Assembly (NCBI RefSeq): GCF_000143415.4
Contig: NW_003314349.1
Location: 319,259 to 383,171, forward strand
Direction of reading: 5' to 3'
Length of the DNA stretch: 63,913 bases
Source of the DNA: Selaginella moellendorffii
Taxonomy: Eukaryota > Plantae > Lycopodiophyta
The position numbers were made by a program, and so were the translations under genes. Positions 27,607-41,312 of this stretch are shown piece by piece. Numbering within the stretch: the stretch's first letter is position 1; every line of letters starts with the position of its first letter. Under the pieces are notes generated by a model, which did not search any database, was not told where the DNA came from, and saw only the letters and a list, made by a program, of their open reading frames with translations.

Positions 27607-30600
27607 TCAAGATAGAATTCCCAGGCCCTTCATCGTTTTCGTCAGCTCCTCCAGATTCAATGGCTTGGTCAGGTACGCGTCCATTCCAACCCCTTTGCAC
27701 TTTTGCTCGTCGCTGGCCATGGCGTGCGCCGTGAGGGCAATTATGGGAACTCGACAAGCGCTACCACTGTTTTCGCTGGCTTTGCTGCTCAATCCACCCT
27801 CCAATTCGCGTATGCGAGCCGTCGCGGCATAGCCATCCATGACAGGCATCTGCAAATCCACCAGTAGATCAGAGAAAAAAATCGCGACAAAGAGATGGAT
27901 AGATAGATTCCACCGCAATCCAGTCCAGGAGCAAACAAACTGAGAAAAACAGAGGATTTTTTCCATACCTGACAATCCATGAGAACTAGATCCATTCTCC
28001 GCTTTTGCTGCACTGGATCGGGACTGCATGGATCATCTGCCAAGCTCGCAGCGATGGAGCTGACAGCCTCCTCGCCATTGGCAGCGAGCTCCACGATCGC
28101 TCCCTCTCGCTCCAGCATCGCTTTGGTCACCTTTTGGAGCAGCACCGTGTCCTCCACCACCAGGATTCGCAGCTCCGCCAAGCTCCCACTTCTCCCCTTC
28201 CCAGCGTCACCATCCTCGCTCTCATCCACATCGCCGCCACTCCGCCGCCGCTCCTCCGCCAGCCCACGCTGTTGCTGGTGCTGATCCAGCGACAGCCTGG
28301 AGAGCTCCTGCGCCGATCCACTCCGGCTCCGCGAAGAAAAGGAGGATCTTTTCTCGCAGCTCGGCCTCTTGGCGTTGCTCCACCGCTGCTGCTCCGCCAC
28401 CAAGTGCTCAAAGTGCTGCCCCTGGAGCTCCTCCACCAGCGCCGCCAGCCGCGAGCTATGGACGGGCTTGTGGACGATGAGATCGCTCCGGCTGTGGAGC
28501 GTCTGCCACACGAGATTGGTCGTGTCGGCCGAGAAGATCCAGCTTATGTGCACGCACTTGCCACTCCCTCGCGAGCTCCGGACGAGCTCGTCCAGCTCCA
28601 TCCGGAACTTGGTGGTGATGGAGGCATTCCCTTCTGGGAAGAGCGCCGTATCCAGCATCGCCAGGCACACCACGCTCCTCCCTCGCGGCGAAGGCGATGA
28701 TCTCGCGTTGCTCTCGGTGGTGATATCCAGTGACGAGTCCGCGGAGCAAACGCTCGTTCGATCCGCGAGAGCTCGCTCCAGGCTCGGGATGATGCTCTGC
28801 CACTGCGAGACCTCGCAGACCTGTGCTGCTCCTTTGTTTTGCATCCACAGGGATACAAACTTCCGGCCAAGCTCGCCCGCCATCGCCAAAACCACCTGGA
28901 GGTTCTGTCCCTCGAGTCCGTCAACCCGGGCAGCGTTTTCCAAGAGCTGGCTCTCTTCTCCGAAAGATTGCTGGTGCGAGCCGTTGCGACGCAAGCCCGA
29001 GTGTGTAGTCTGGATATCCCTGCTCGACGCCTTCTGGAAGAGGAGATTAAACTTGAAGAGCGTTCCTGGGCCGTCTTTGTTGGCGACTTTGATCTGGCCT
29101 CCCATCATATGCACCTGGGAAGAAAGAAAAACGAGATTTTTATGCGAGGATCGATCGAAGAACTTGATGTTGGCTTACCAGGGAGCGAACGATCGCTAGG
29201 CCCAGCCCGGTTCCTCCATACGTGCAGTGGACTTTGGAGCTCCCCTGGACAAAGTTTCGAAACACTGCCTCGCGTCGCGACTGCGGGATTCCTTGTCCGG
29301 TGTCGTCCACTTCGAACTCGAACTCGAGAGTGTCACTGCTGCTGCCCTGTGATCGAGCCGGGATCTGCGAGGACCTGTTGCTACTGCTGCTGCTAGTCCT
29401 CAAGCAGCTGACGAAAGTTTTCTGGAACCAGCGGCCGGACCGCCGGCTCGCGCTCGCCACCCAGCTCTGCGAGGAGGATTGCTTGGGAAAAGCTCGGAGA
29501 ATCACGTAGCCGCGGCTCGTGAACTTGACACCGTTGCTGAGGAGATCGCACAGGAGCTGCTTCACTCGTCCAGCGTCGCCTCGCACCCACCGCACTAGCT
29601 CGATGCTGTCGTCCGGCAGCTCCAGCACCACTTCGATGCCTTTCTTGGCCCCTACCACCGCGAAGATGTCCACTGCCTCCTCCAAGACTTTGATGAGGTC
29701 GAAGTCCGCCACCTCCAGCTCCAGCTTGCCAACCTCGGCCTTGCTCATGTCTAGAATCGAGTTTAGAATCCCTGCGAGAAGAATAAAACGATTTTTCTCG
29801 TCATCCAAGCTTGAGAAGGAGATGATCTCTCACCTAGAAGAGTTGTAGCGCAAGTTTTCATTTGTAGCATGTTGGACTCGAGCTCCACCGAGAGGCGCTC
29901 CTTGTGAGACAGGCACAGATCGATCAAGCCGATGATGGCAGCGAGAGGAGTCCGGAGGTCGTGGCTCATGTTGGCGAAGAAGAGCTTCTTGTGGTTGCTC
30001 CGTTTCTCGGCGAGCTTGGTGGCTTTCACCTGTGCGATGTAGGATTGCTCCACTCTCATGGAGATGCTCACTCCCTTTGTGAGCATCACCACGAGGCAGC
30101 ACCCCATCAGCACCGTCGCGAGAGCAATGCCGAGGAAAATCATCCCCAGAGTGTGCAGCCGAGCGTCCAGTCCAATCTCCAAGCTCCTCACCGAGATGAT
30201 CAACACGGCAACCTTTCAGCTCACGTAGAGTTAGCGAAGAAAAAAGAGAGAAAAGAACGCAAACAACGTAGAACTTTGAGAAAAGAGAAAGAGAAAAGCG
30301 CAATCAGCGAAGAACTTCGTCAAGAAAGGAGAAGAAAAACGATGGCTTACCAGATTTTGTCCAATGCTTGACAATGGCACCGTATTCACGTGATAGTGAA
30401 CGCCATCCACCAAAACGTTCTCAAAGTGCCGAGGAGACGAAGCCAAGCTCGAGTTTACTCGATCCAAAAACGAAGATATCCTCGCCACCAGCGCGTCGCT
30501 CGAGTCCCTGGCGAGTGGAATCGTAAAGTTGGCTCGATCCACGTCCCCGACTGCGTAGCTCGATCCATATATCCCGACCAAGCGGCCATCGTCCGTCATG

Positions 30601-31958
30601 AGGAACATATGCTGCTGGAAAGCATCCACTTGACGCATCATGTTCTCGAAAGATCTCGTCACAAAAGCCACGCCGCTGGTTCTCGAGCTCGATCTCACGG
30701 CTTGCATTCCCAAGAGTGACAAACTCCCGGACGAGTCGGCCGTGATGTCCCAGAAGATCTTTCCACTCGTGTCGTTGAGAGCTGCCTGGTAGAGAGACGA
30801 GCGAGCGGTGTAGAACAGGCATGGCGATGGCGTCTGCGCTTGCTCGACCTTCCCCGTGACCGGATGAACTAGTTGGCGAAACCATCGAAAGGAGTCCCGC
30901 GAGACACACGACTTTCGGTGCGTGGAGTTCGAGTTTCCAGTGGACGAGAAGAAGTAGGCGTCGTCGCTCCTGCTGGAGTTCGAGTCGGCAAAGGCCATGA
31001 AAGAGAGATCCCGAGTGAAGAATCCGGCAGCGCTGCTGCCCGGCCTCATGAAGTAGCCAGTCCACAGCAAGCTCTTGAGCTGGAACGAGAGAAAGTTAGC
31101 AGGAAATCCATAGAACTCGCGATAGAACTCGTGAGCTTTCTTTCACTCGTACCTGAGGAGGGGAGGATGTCAAGCTCGCGTTGGACGCCGAGAGGAGGCG
31201 ACAAAGAAGCGACACCGAAGTGGAAGTGTAGTTTAGAGCGAAATCCAGCGGCTTCTCGATGTCAAACGCAGCCTCGGTTCGCAAAGAAGCAACGAGAGGA
31301 GCGATGGATCGTCGAATCTGGCTCGAGGCAACGTACCACGCGCTCACGGTGAGTATAGTCACGAGCAACACCAGCATCACCTGGAAGAACACGAAGAACA
31401 CGATTAGCTCTCTTCGATTCTTCCGTGTTTCGCGGGAACACGCCAAGAATCGCTACGAAACAAAGAGGACGACGAAAAGATAAAGACAAGAGAAAGTTGG
31501 CGTACCATGAGGGCGATGCGAGGGAAGAGCATGGGATCGCTCGCTACTTGCTGCCAATGCGATCGCTTCATCGCCCACTCGCGCAAGATCTCCAGAGAAA
31601 ATCTTCTCAAAGGTGGCGGCGGCGGCGGTGGCGGCGGTGGCGGCCGGGGCGGCGATGGCGCTTCTTCGTTTCCATTTCCCTGGTTCTCTCGCGCGGCGCC
31701 GCTCTCCAGCCCATTCAAATCTGCCGAAAGATTCCCAGAGAAGTGGCTGGAGATCGTCGCGTTGATCGTGGAGAGGCGGGGACTATCCGGCGTGGAATCA
31801 CTCTCGTAGAACTGGTGGCTGGAGCTGCTAATGCGAAGAACACCCATGGGATCGCCTCTCATGCCCAGCGAGCTACATTCCAAGCAGCGGGAGGCCATGG
31901 ATTGGCACAAGCGTCCCCAGTAAGCATCCTCTTCTCCTCCCGCCGCCGGCTCGCCCAT
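27607..31958 (-). CDS. Hybrid sensor histidine kinase (two TM segments, HisKA, HATPase, receiver), CKI1-like, multi-exon
   Basis: H-box FFANMSHDLRTPL, N-box LLSNGVKFT, G1 VDDTGQGIP, G2 GTGLGL. Receiver ILVVED / DLVLMDCQ|MPVMDG / IPIIALTA / YLTKP. Hydrophobic segments flank an extracellular region. Confidence 0.92.
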
Positions 31959-33325
31959 GGATCGATCGATCTCTCTTTCTCACAGCCGCCGCGGACCCAT
32001 CATCTCCTTCCTCGATTCCTGCCTACCCACGATCGATCTAGCACCGATCCCCGCTGGGAATCCACCGCCCACCATCTCTCTTTCTCTCTTCTTCTTTGTT
32101 CTTCCTCGATCCCGCCCAAGAACGATATACTACCGATACCTCATGATCGGGGCGGCGTCGCCATCGCCATGAGGATCGCAGCTGTGCCCTCATCCGACAA
32201 TCGATGGATGCGGCAGTGTTTATGGGATTTTCTTCCGAGAAATCCTGCCCAGATTCGATCTCTCTCTGATAATGCCATCGCCGTTTGAATCAAATGTTGT
32301 GCGTGAGCGATCGATCGATAGCTCGATCGATCACGCATACCACACTGCCGTGACAAATCCTCCTCTAGCCTTGCCTACTCTCTTTCTCACCCTCTTCCTT
32401 TCTCTTGCGCTTCTTCCGATTAACACGGATCAAGGCAGCAATCACAGCGCTCCACGATTGCTTCTTCCATGATCGCGGCTATGGTGTTGGGTGAATTCAA
32501 TGGGTTGGTTTCCAGGAGATTTGATTTGGAATATGGCAAATTCAAAAAAAAAGGAAGAGAAACTCCCCACATTTAATGCCACACCACCATAGCCGAGCTT
32601 CTTCCAAGCAGCAGCCATAGCTCGTAAGTTCCGTTATAGTTCTTTTTTCGCGTTTCTTTTCTCCGCGCTCGATCAAGACTGTTTCAAGCTGCGCATTTAT
32701 GAGATCCAAAGCGAGCGAATGAATCCTGGGAACGAAGTTACAGATGAGAACGACGATAGGAAAAGGAAAAAAAATGAGAGCTTGGAACATTACCAGCCAT
32801 AGCTGCGTCGGTCAAGCTTAAACAAGCAATCGTGTCCCGTATCCGATCAGGATCTCTGAAAACGCTGCTGGTTTCATTTTTAATGCCGCGCCGCGCCTTC
32901 CAATTCAGATTCTTTCGGGCGATTCTTGCGGATGTTTTCTTGCTTCCCTCCCTGCATGGTTTTATTTCTATAATAGTTTGTGAGTCCCAGAGCACACGAG
33001 AGATCATACTCATAAAAAAAACTTACCTTTGTCCGAACATCGCGAGCTTCCAGCGATTATAAAAACATGCTTCGAATTGTTATTTGCGAGATCAAAGTAA
33101 GTCAAGCTGCTTCGCGGAGGTCAAATCTTCGAGACAAAGAGAAACTTACTCGCTTTAAACACTTCGTGGCTCTTTTAAACCTCTGCATCTCTCTGCAACA
33201 TCCGGAGAAACATGTGAGCACACAGTCCACACAGAATCATCAGAGACATATCCTAGAGCTCCGTTCTAGCAACGAATACCTTCTTTTTTTCATACCTTTC
33301 AGCCAGTGTATGCGTGAAGCCGGCT

Positions 33326-34714
33326 ATGGTGCTTCACAGTCTTCTCCTTGCCTTCATTCTCGCCGGCTTGTCATCGGCAACACGCAAAGACACCATCACT
33401 GTTACTGGAGTGGTCTTTTGCAAGAGATGTGTTCATGGCACTGCGGTTGGAACTCCATTACCAGGTAAGCGAAGCAAACACTTTCACTGTTTCTTTTCTC
33501 TATCTGCAAAGAGACTCTGCATGAGTAAGAAAGTCGCAAAAGAGAGAAGTACTTACATTCCAGTCGTAGAAAGTAGAAAGTTATGGCTTTGTCTCGTGGA
33601 ATCCAGTTTTCCTCCAAAGTCTCCTGCTTAACTGATTTTCCTCTTCTTTTTCTTCTTTCTGCAACTTAGTGTCAGTAAAAGGTCCAACTTTGCGTGCTGA
33701 GTAAAGCCATACCTTGATCTGCTAACAGGTGTGGAAGTCTCACTCCAGTACACTGGAGATCCAGCGATTCTCGCATTGACAGACAGCAACGGAGTTTTCA
33801 AGCTGCCTGTGAAGAGCGCGTTCTTCGCAGATCCTGGTGGAAATGGCCGACAGCTCTTTGTCAAGATCGTCAGGCTCCCGGACTCCACTTGCCAGATACC
33901 AACGACCACCGAGAAAAACGCTGGGATCTTGTCCAAAGCAGCACGAAGAACAGGCATCTTCACGGTGGGAGCTTTTACTTTTCGGCAACAGAAGGCCCTG
34001 TGCTCGGAGCTGCCTCCATCGTTTTCCAACACCTCCATCATACCGCCACTTCCGCCAGCAATCTTCCCGTTTCCTCACCCTGGCTATGGCGGCGCTCCGC
34101 CGATTGGAAGCTCGCCTTTCCTCCCATTCTCTCCACCACCATACGAAGAACTCCCACCACCGCCAAACGCCGAGCCGCCGGAGATCGTCATTCCACCGCA
34201 ACCAACATCTCCGCCACCACCGCATTCTCTTCCGCCGGCCCCTGTTCGTAGAAACAACGGGCCGCCGCCACCGCTACACGCTCTTCGTCCTCCTCTTCCA
34301 CCGCCAGCCCCGCGGATGAAATCCCCTCACCCCTCACCGCCAGCTCCATATGTCCGAGACAAATCACCGCCACCGCTTCCAAAGCCGCCAGCTCGAAGCA
34401 AATCGCCACCCCGTCCAAAGCTCTCACCGCCGCCGCCAGCTCGAAACAAATCGCCACCACCGCTTCCAAAGCTCACACCTCCCCCTCCTCGAAACAAATC
34501 GCCACCGCCGCTTCCAAAGCTCTCTCCTCCGCTAGGACCACCAAAGCACGCTCCGCCTTCCAGGGCTCCCAGTCCTGGAAGAAAACCACTGCCATCGCCA
34601 TCGCCATCGCCGACGCCGCCGCCATTTCCATCACCATCGCCGTCGCCACCGCGTAAAGAGAGCCCTAGAGCGCCATACCTTCCATCACCACCGGATTGCC
34701 AGCAAAAACCCTAA
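33326..34714 (+). CDS. Secreted Pollen Ole e 1-domain, proline-rich (extensin-like) protein, 2 exons (33326-33464, 33729-34714)
   Basis: Signal peptide MVLHSLLLAFILAGLSSA and VTGVVFCKRC...PLPG|VEVSL...TDSNGVF (Ole e 1 pattern). SPPP/KSPPP repeats. GT-AG intron 33465-33728 keeps frame. Confidence 0.88.
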
Positions 34715-35999
34715 TACCCGGGAAAGGGAAATTTTCAAATGATACTAACTTTCTAGCGATCTAGCATTTGGGTCTTCATGCAAGGATTCTTCTGGGATTT
34801 CATGCCCATAGTCAGTCAAAAGGGTCACGACAGAGAAGTATTTTTGCAAGGATTCTTCACGATGATCTTATACCATTGTTCTAGTCAGATTGTCTTCGAA
34901 AGAACCAAGGTAATTTTAATGTCATAGTCCAGCACAGTCAAACAGTCCAACACGAGGAAGCATGAAGTATTCCTCTGATTTCGGGCAACAAGGCCGACTC
35001 CGTGCCCGACAATACACTTACCATCAGGAACTAGCGCTCGTCTAACCCCCGTCAGGTATCCATCAGGGCAGCGGCCGAAGTTCTCCACGATGAAAACCTC
35101 GTCCCCAAAGCTCGTCATCACGCTCTGGTTCTTGCTCACGTATGGGACCCTGTGGACGAGATACTTAGGCCTCAAAAGCTGAGTTGCACGTAAGCGAGCA
35201 TAGTTCCAGCCTCCAGCCCGGCAGCTTGTCCAGATAATCCAGCTTGGTGACAAGCATCCAGCATCCGCCAGATCCACACTCCCAGCGGCTGCACACTGTC
35301 GGGACTGGCAGCAGCGGTATCCTTAATGTTAGTTAAGGGTATCTTTCTTTTTTACGCAAATTAATCAAGGCTCATTTATTATATATAGAGAGCTTGCAAA
35401 CACTGCTTAGTGTGAAAAGTATCTAAATACCAACTAAACTTTTATCTCTTATTGAAAAAAAAAGAGATAAAGCTTGATATCATACTTTAAATAGCATTTT
35501 CTATTAATTAAAATAAATCTTTTGAAATTAAGATTTTATTTGTTTTTAGCAAAACACTTAATATATATTTGATATAGTTCTATATAAAAAAAGTGAACAT
35601 TTGACCTAATTTGGCAAAAATAATTGTAACTCCTCTAGAAAGTAAATTTCACTAATGTTTGAATAAAAAACTTATTAGGAACATGAGAAAAGATCAAAAA
35701 AATAAAAGGAGTTTGAGAAAGAGCCTTAACATTAGTTATAGAACTTCTGAGCTATAAATAACTTTAAAGTTATATATTTTAAGTTTCAGAATTTATCCAA
35801 CAGTATAACTAATTAAGTTCTTCCAATTTAATATAATGATTACAATATAATCACCCTTTAGTAAAGTCTAATAACCATGCAAGTATGCATGAAACTTCTC
35901 AAAACCCTAAACCACTGCTATGCACTCTTTATTTATCATATTAGTTATAATGTATAATTGATGTATATAATAACATCAATACACCTTTAGAACTAATAT

Positions 36000-38835
36000 T
36001 AGAAGAATCCACATGCAAGATGAAAAGTTAAGTATAGTGCCAAAATTAGAAAAGTTGTTAATACTTTTTTGAGATCCACAAATGCCCATTCACCATCCTC
36101 AAACTAAATGAACAATGATATTGACGACATCAATAATGCTTACAATGATAAAGTGTTGTATATTATTCATACACTTTAAAACAAAAAACTTTAAAATAGC
36201 TATAAGTTTTTCATGATAAACTTGCAACAAATAAATGTAGTACTCAAGATAAATTGTGTCCTTAGGTTTAAACACATACTTTAATCACTTCAACCCAAAC
36301 TAACTTCTCGCAGTTGATCTAACATTTTGTAAGTATTATGAATATACTCCTCTCACATCCCCTCCAAGTGGATCAAAACATTATATAATCATATTTAGCA
36401 TATAATAAAGAATCTCATCCATCATCCACTAGAAAGTTATCAAAGCATTATTTAAACTGAATATCACTAAAAACTCATACAAACTAAATAATGTATGAAA
36501 AATAGTTTTTAGAACGTCCTCTTTAGCCATCGACACTTGTTACTACCTAAAAGTAAAATTTAACTTGGTGAATTAATGACTTCTCCTCAGATGATCAAGA
36601 AAATTAATAGTGTGAAGAAAAAAATACATATTCAGGATAGTCACTTCATTTAATAGATAATAGTCAATGTAAAATTGAATATTACTATTAGTCTTCATCA
36701 CAAAATAAGGTTCACAATCCTAAGAGTTTTAAAACTTTTAGATAACACTTTTCTCCAATATCTCTTTAATATTTGCATAAAAAATTTTAATCTTCTTTGA
36801 TGACTAACACCAAATAAGAGATAAACATCCTCAGTTAAAATAGGATGATGCATTGCAATCTTAGCTCTAAATGACAAGTCAAAGTCGAAGAGAGTAACAT
36901 AGTAAGTTAACCATTGCAATGCAAAAACTATTTAGAGGAATGAATTAAAACACAAATGAGAGGAATGAAAGAAAAATGAAAAAAATATAAAATAAGGGGA
37001 AGAAATTTCAAAGCTATATTTGTCATGATTGTGATGCAACCAATCCATATTAAAGATGAGGTCAAAAACTTAACTTAACACTACTTGAAGCTCAAACTCA
37101 AGATCATTTATATGTATAATTAAGTGCACCTCATCCCACATGTACACATGAGAATTTTGATAGCCATCAAATTAGTTTCAATCCAAATCATTTTCTCCTT
37201 TATATAAACATTTCTTAACCTTATTCAGATTCACAATTTAGTGATAATTTATTTAGAATTAAATATTCAAATGTATAACTTGATGAAGTTTATGAAGCTC
37301 AAAATGTTAAATTATGGATTTAAAAGCTTTTGATGGGTTTGAGAATCTTGTTGATGACTTGCTGATTTTGTATTTACATTTTTAATATTACCTTAAAGAT
37401 AACTTTCTTTACTTTGTAAAGGCTCATTATGGTGATCATATATGGCTGGTGGTGCCTTTAGTCTTTATTCCATATGACTCTCCTATTCTAGGCAAGCATA
37501 TAAGACATCATTGTATAACTAAAAAGCTATTGTAAAGTATATGAACTTTTAACATTCAAATTAAGATGATTATTTATCATTTCTATAGTATATATATATA
37601 TATATATATATTACAAGGATATAAAGTTTATTAGTGCTTCAATATATTAATGCTTATATGATCATGATTCAATACTAGTAATGGATTTAAGTTTACTTTT
37701 GTGATTGCCACAAGCTACTGATACTAGGTTCTAGGATTATTATTTGAGCAGCCTACTGAACAGTTAGGCTGTATACAAATGGGGCAATAATAGCATTATA
37801 ACTCTTATCATTACCCACTTATAGAATATGAAGTGGATGATGTAATATTAGTTTGTTTTCCAATTTTATAGTGTGTGGTTTATTAATGGGCTCTTTGCCC
37901 AATGAAAAGAATTGTATCAAGTGTTGAATTGCAGATTTATAAAGCAAGTTGGACTAAAAGCTTATAAAGTTCAGCACGATATTTAACATGCCAATCCTCT
38001 ATATATTGTGCATATGGAGCAGATAAAACACTTTATATAAAGGGAATAAAAAGAAATGACATTATTTATAAATCTATTAGTGCCTCCTCTTGATATTCCT
38101 CTAGATCTTGGCCAATCAACTAGAAAACTCTAACTACTTTCAATCCATATGAGAAAAAGATATAATTATAATGCTATATACTATTATTAGAATAGTTGTA
38201 TAGTGTAAATATAGATGGTAATATGTAGCAATAGGTTTAGTAATAGAAAATAAATTTAAATCCATCTTAACTAACATGGAAAGGGACCTTTTGTTATAAA
38301 AACAAGCTTAGAAAGTAAACACTAGATGATCTAGTGGCAACTAAACCCTTTTAATGGTATTCCCAAAAGAAGGATGAAGGGGTCATTAACTAATTCATGC
38401 AAGGTCCCTCCACTACTTATATGACTCTTTTTTTTTTAAAAGAATTTCAATATTATGACTTTTCACCACATCAGTATTAATATGATATTATTGACACTAA
38501 AGCCTCTACCTAGGAAATGGAGGATGCCAATCTAAAAAATGCTGATAACACTTATATGTATGGCCATCTTCATCACAACAACGAATAACCTAGCAACGAA
38601 TATCATAGCCACAACCATGTTTTTGCCAGTCTTTAAACATGGGCAGCAATAGCATTAACCTCCATCGGAACATGTACTTCAGCTCCACTTCATATGATAA
38701 ATGTAGCGACAAATAAGAGAGGTGATGTCTCATAAAATCATATCAATTAAAGAGCGTCATTAAAGGTGGATGGGGCAAGTATATGCACAACTCTCAAAAG
38801 ATCTTAATAGAGTGTTAGCCACAACATTTCTAACG
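36000..38835 (-). mobile_element. Highly decayed copy of the Gypsy family at 1-2432; boundaries approximate
   Basis: 38290-38830 aligns with 1381-1915 and 37020-37130 with 900-1010, mainly through transitions. Confidence 0.7.
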
Positions 38836-39590
38836 ATTTAAGAATCTAAGATGGAGTCCAAGAAAGAGTCCAAGATGGAGTCCGAGAAGGAATTTATGAT
38901 AGAGTTTGAGATGGAGTTTGAGAAAGAGTTCGAGATGGAGTCTGAGCAGGAATCCTAGATGGAGTCCAAAAATGAATCCAAGATAGAGTTTGAAAAGGAG
39001 TTTGAGATGGAGTCCGAGAAGAAGTTCTAGATAAAATCCGAGATAGGGACCGAGACTAAGACTAAGATTGGGATTGAGACCAAGACCAAGACAGAGACCG
39101 AGACTGGGACTGGGACCAAGACCGAGATCAAAACCGAGTCCAAGTTTGAGTCTAAGTTCAAGTCTAAGTCCAAGTTTAAGGGTGAAAGCTCAAAACAATT
39201 GTCTCCCAGACATTAAGGGGTTTTGTGAGCTCCAAAATGATAGTAGGGTGGATAGGGCAAGTATATGCATAACTCAAAAGATCTTAATAGAGTGTTAGCC
39301 ACAACATTCCTAACGATCTAGGAATCTAAGAGAGAGTCCAAGAAGGAGTCCAAGATGGAGTCTGAGAAGGAGTTTATGATAGAGTTTGAGATAGAGTCTG
39401 AGAAGGAGTTCGAGATGGAGTTTGAGTAGGAATCCTAGATGGATTCCAAAAACGAGTCCAAGATAGAGTTTGAAAAGGAATTTGAGATGGAGTTCGAGAA
39501 GGAGTCTTAGATAGGGTCTGAGATAGGGTGAAAGCACAAAACAATTGTCTCCCAGACCTTAAAGGGTTTTGTGAGCTCCAAAAGGATAGT
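38764..39590 (+). repeat. Tandem duplication (~480-bp period) containing 12/6-bp GAGTCCGAGA(A/T)G-type minisatellite; related arrays at 40081-40263 and, inverted, 42155-42305
   Basis: GTGGAT(G/A)GGGCAAGTATATGCA...TAATAGAGTGTTAGCCACAACATT occurs at ~38766 and ~39248, each followed by GAGTCCAAGA/GAGTTTGAGA arrays. Confidence 0.8.
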
Positions 39591-41117
39591 AGAAGGAGGA
39601 CTCCAGTGGAATTAGTTTAGCCAAGAAAAGGCCAGTGTGACTAAGAAAGGTTATACCCACGTGATGGGTGATAATATAACAACTGACAAGTCCAAGGCTA
39701 GAGTGAATACGGATGGACAAATGGGGTAACTTAGTGAATTGTTCAAAAACCAACTTTAACTCCCTTAGGAGATCAAATGGTCAATGCTCCTAATTCAAGT
39801 GTGGATGGCACTAACTACTTGGATACCTGGCATGGCTCATCAGAATTTTGCTTTAGACGTATATCTAAGGCACCAAAATGTGAAAGGTGGGGAGAGTATC
39901 CATAAGACTTGTGTAGAGTTACGATGTTTCGAAAAGTTATCCCAAAGTCCCAAACTATGGAAATGAAGAGGAATAGTCCTATTATATAGTGACTAAAGGT
40001 ATATAAAAGGCAACTCCCCAAAATGTCATAGGCTAAAGGATCCCTGAAAGCACAACTTAAATATTAAAGAGTTCATCAGATGAGACCAAGTCCGACACCG
40101 ATTTTGAGACCAAGTTTGAGACCGAGTCCAAGATTGATTCCAAGACTAACTCCGAGACCGAATTTGAGACCAACTCTAAGACTGAATCTGAGAGCTGAGA
40201 TTAGGTTTGAGTACTAGACAAAGTCTGAGGTCAAGTCCGAGATCAAGTCCGAGATTGAGTCCAAATATTAATACAGGTCATAGGGTGAAAGCCAAAGTAT
40301 GTGTCTCACTTAGAGGGGGGGGGGGGGGGCTATAAAGGGCTGTAAAGGGTTCCAAAAGTATAATAAGGATAGTGAGGTCTAGGAACCAGTCTTGAAGGAA
40401 CTCTTTAGTGGTGCCTCAAAACTGACTTGAGGTTGAGATTGGGGCTTAGGGGCCTTGGGTGGGAGTGAGCATGGACTCAGGTGGTGTTAAAGGGGCCACC
40501 CAAAGAAGTGCTCTAGAGCAACTCCCACTCCTAAAAGAGAAATCGACTCCAGTGCTTCCGGCTCATATGGAGTGGTGCCCCACTTGAGTACCTTATAGCT
40601 CATTGGTCCTTGCCCTTCTTAGGGGCTTGGGCCTGCCCTTAGGGGCTTGGGCCTGCCCTTCGGGATGAAAGTGGGGGAGTAGGGGTACTTATACCAAGCC
40701 ATTAGGCTATGGTGTGTACCCTAGTGTCCTGAAGCAAGTGTTGCACCTAAGGCTTAGGATTTAGAGGGTCTTATGATCAAATTTTATTGTATTAAGGGAT
40801 GTTAGGAACCTAGAAGCTTAGTGTGCTTGGCTGTTTGTGCTTATGAGGAGTGTAACCGAACATTAAGTGTAGTTTAACTTGGAGAGGGGGATTGGGAGAG
40901 AATTTGGGAATTCATGGATGGATGGCTAACACTCTGTTGCTTATGTAGTGAGTTGCTAAAACTAAGTAGGATCAAGTAAAAACTAGTACAATAGGCAGGA
41001 ACCTTGGCAAGGGAATTTAACTAAGGTTAAGGCCGTGGTGGTCAAATAGATGAGGTAAACTAGCAAATTGAAAAGGAAAAATTTATGGCTTACACTATAG
41101 TCACGTGGTGAAGAGAT

Positions 41118-41312
41118 TGTAAGCAACCAAAGAGAATGACTTGAGAGACGATCCATGGGGTTCAAATATAGAAAAAAAAGGCCCATGAATAAGAGTTGCA
41201 CCCTCTTTTTCAATTAATTAAGGGTCTTGAGATACTTAAGGTTAAGTGTCCTTTGGTTTGAATAATACTGGGCTAAGTGACCTCTTGAGAAGCCCAAACT
41301 CAGGAGCTTAGA
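41118..41312 (+). mobile_element. Third copy of the 5S-bearing LTR (plus orientation)
   Basis: TGTAAGCAACCAAAG...CAGGAGCTTAGA, the reverse complement of 1020-1214 with substitutions. 5S-like core GTTAAGTGTCCTTTGGTTTGAATAATACTGGG. No matching TSD. Confidence 0.75.

Noticed and set aside
34885-35330. 130-aa minus ORF with coding-like composition
   Set aside because: No recognisable motif or gene structure; possibly a fragment.
35363-35423. 60-bp inverted match to 7966-8028
   Set aside because: A short scrap of the same LTR family; no element boundaries.
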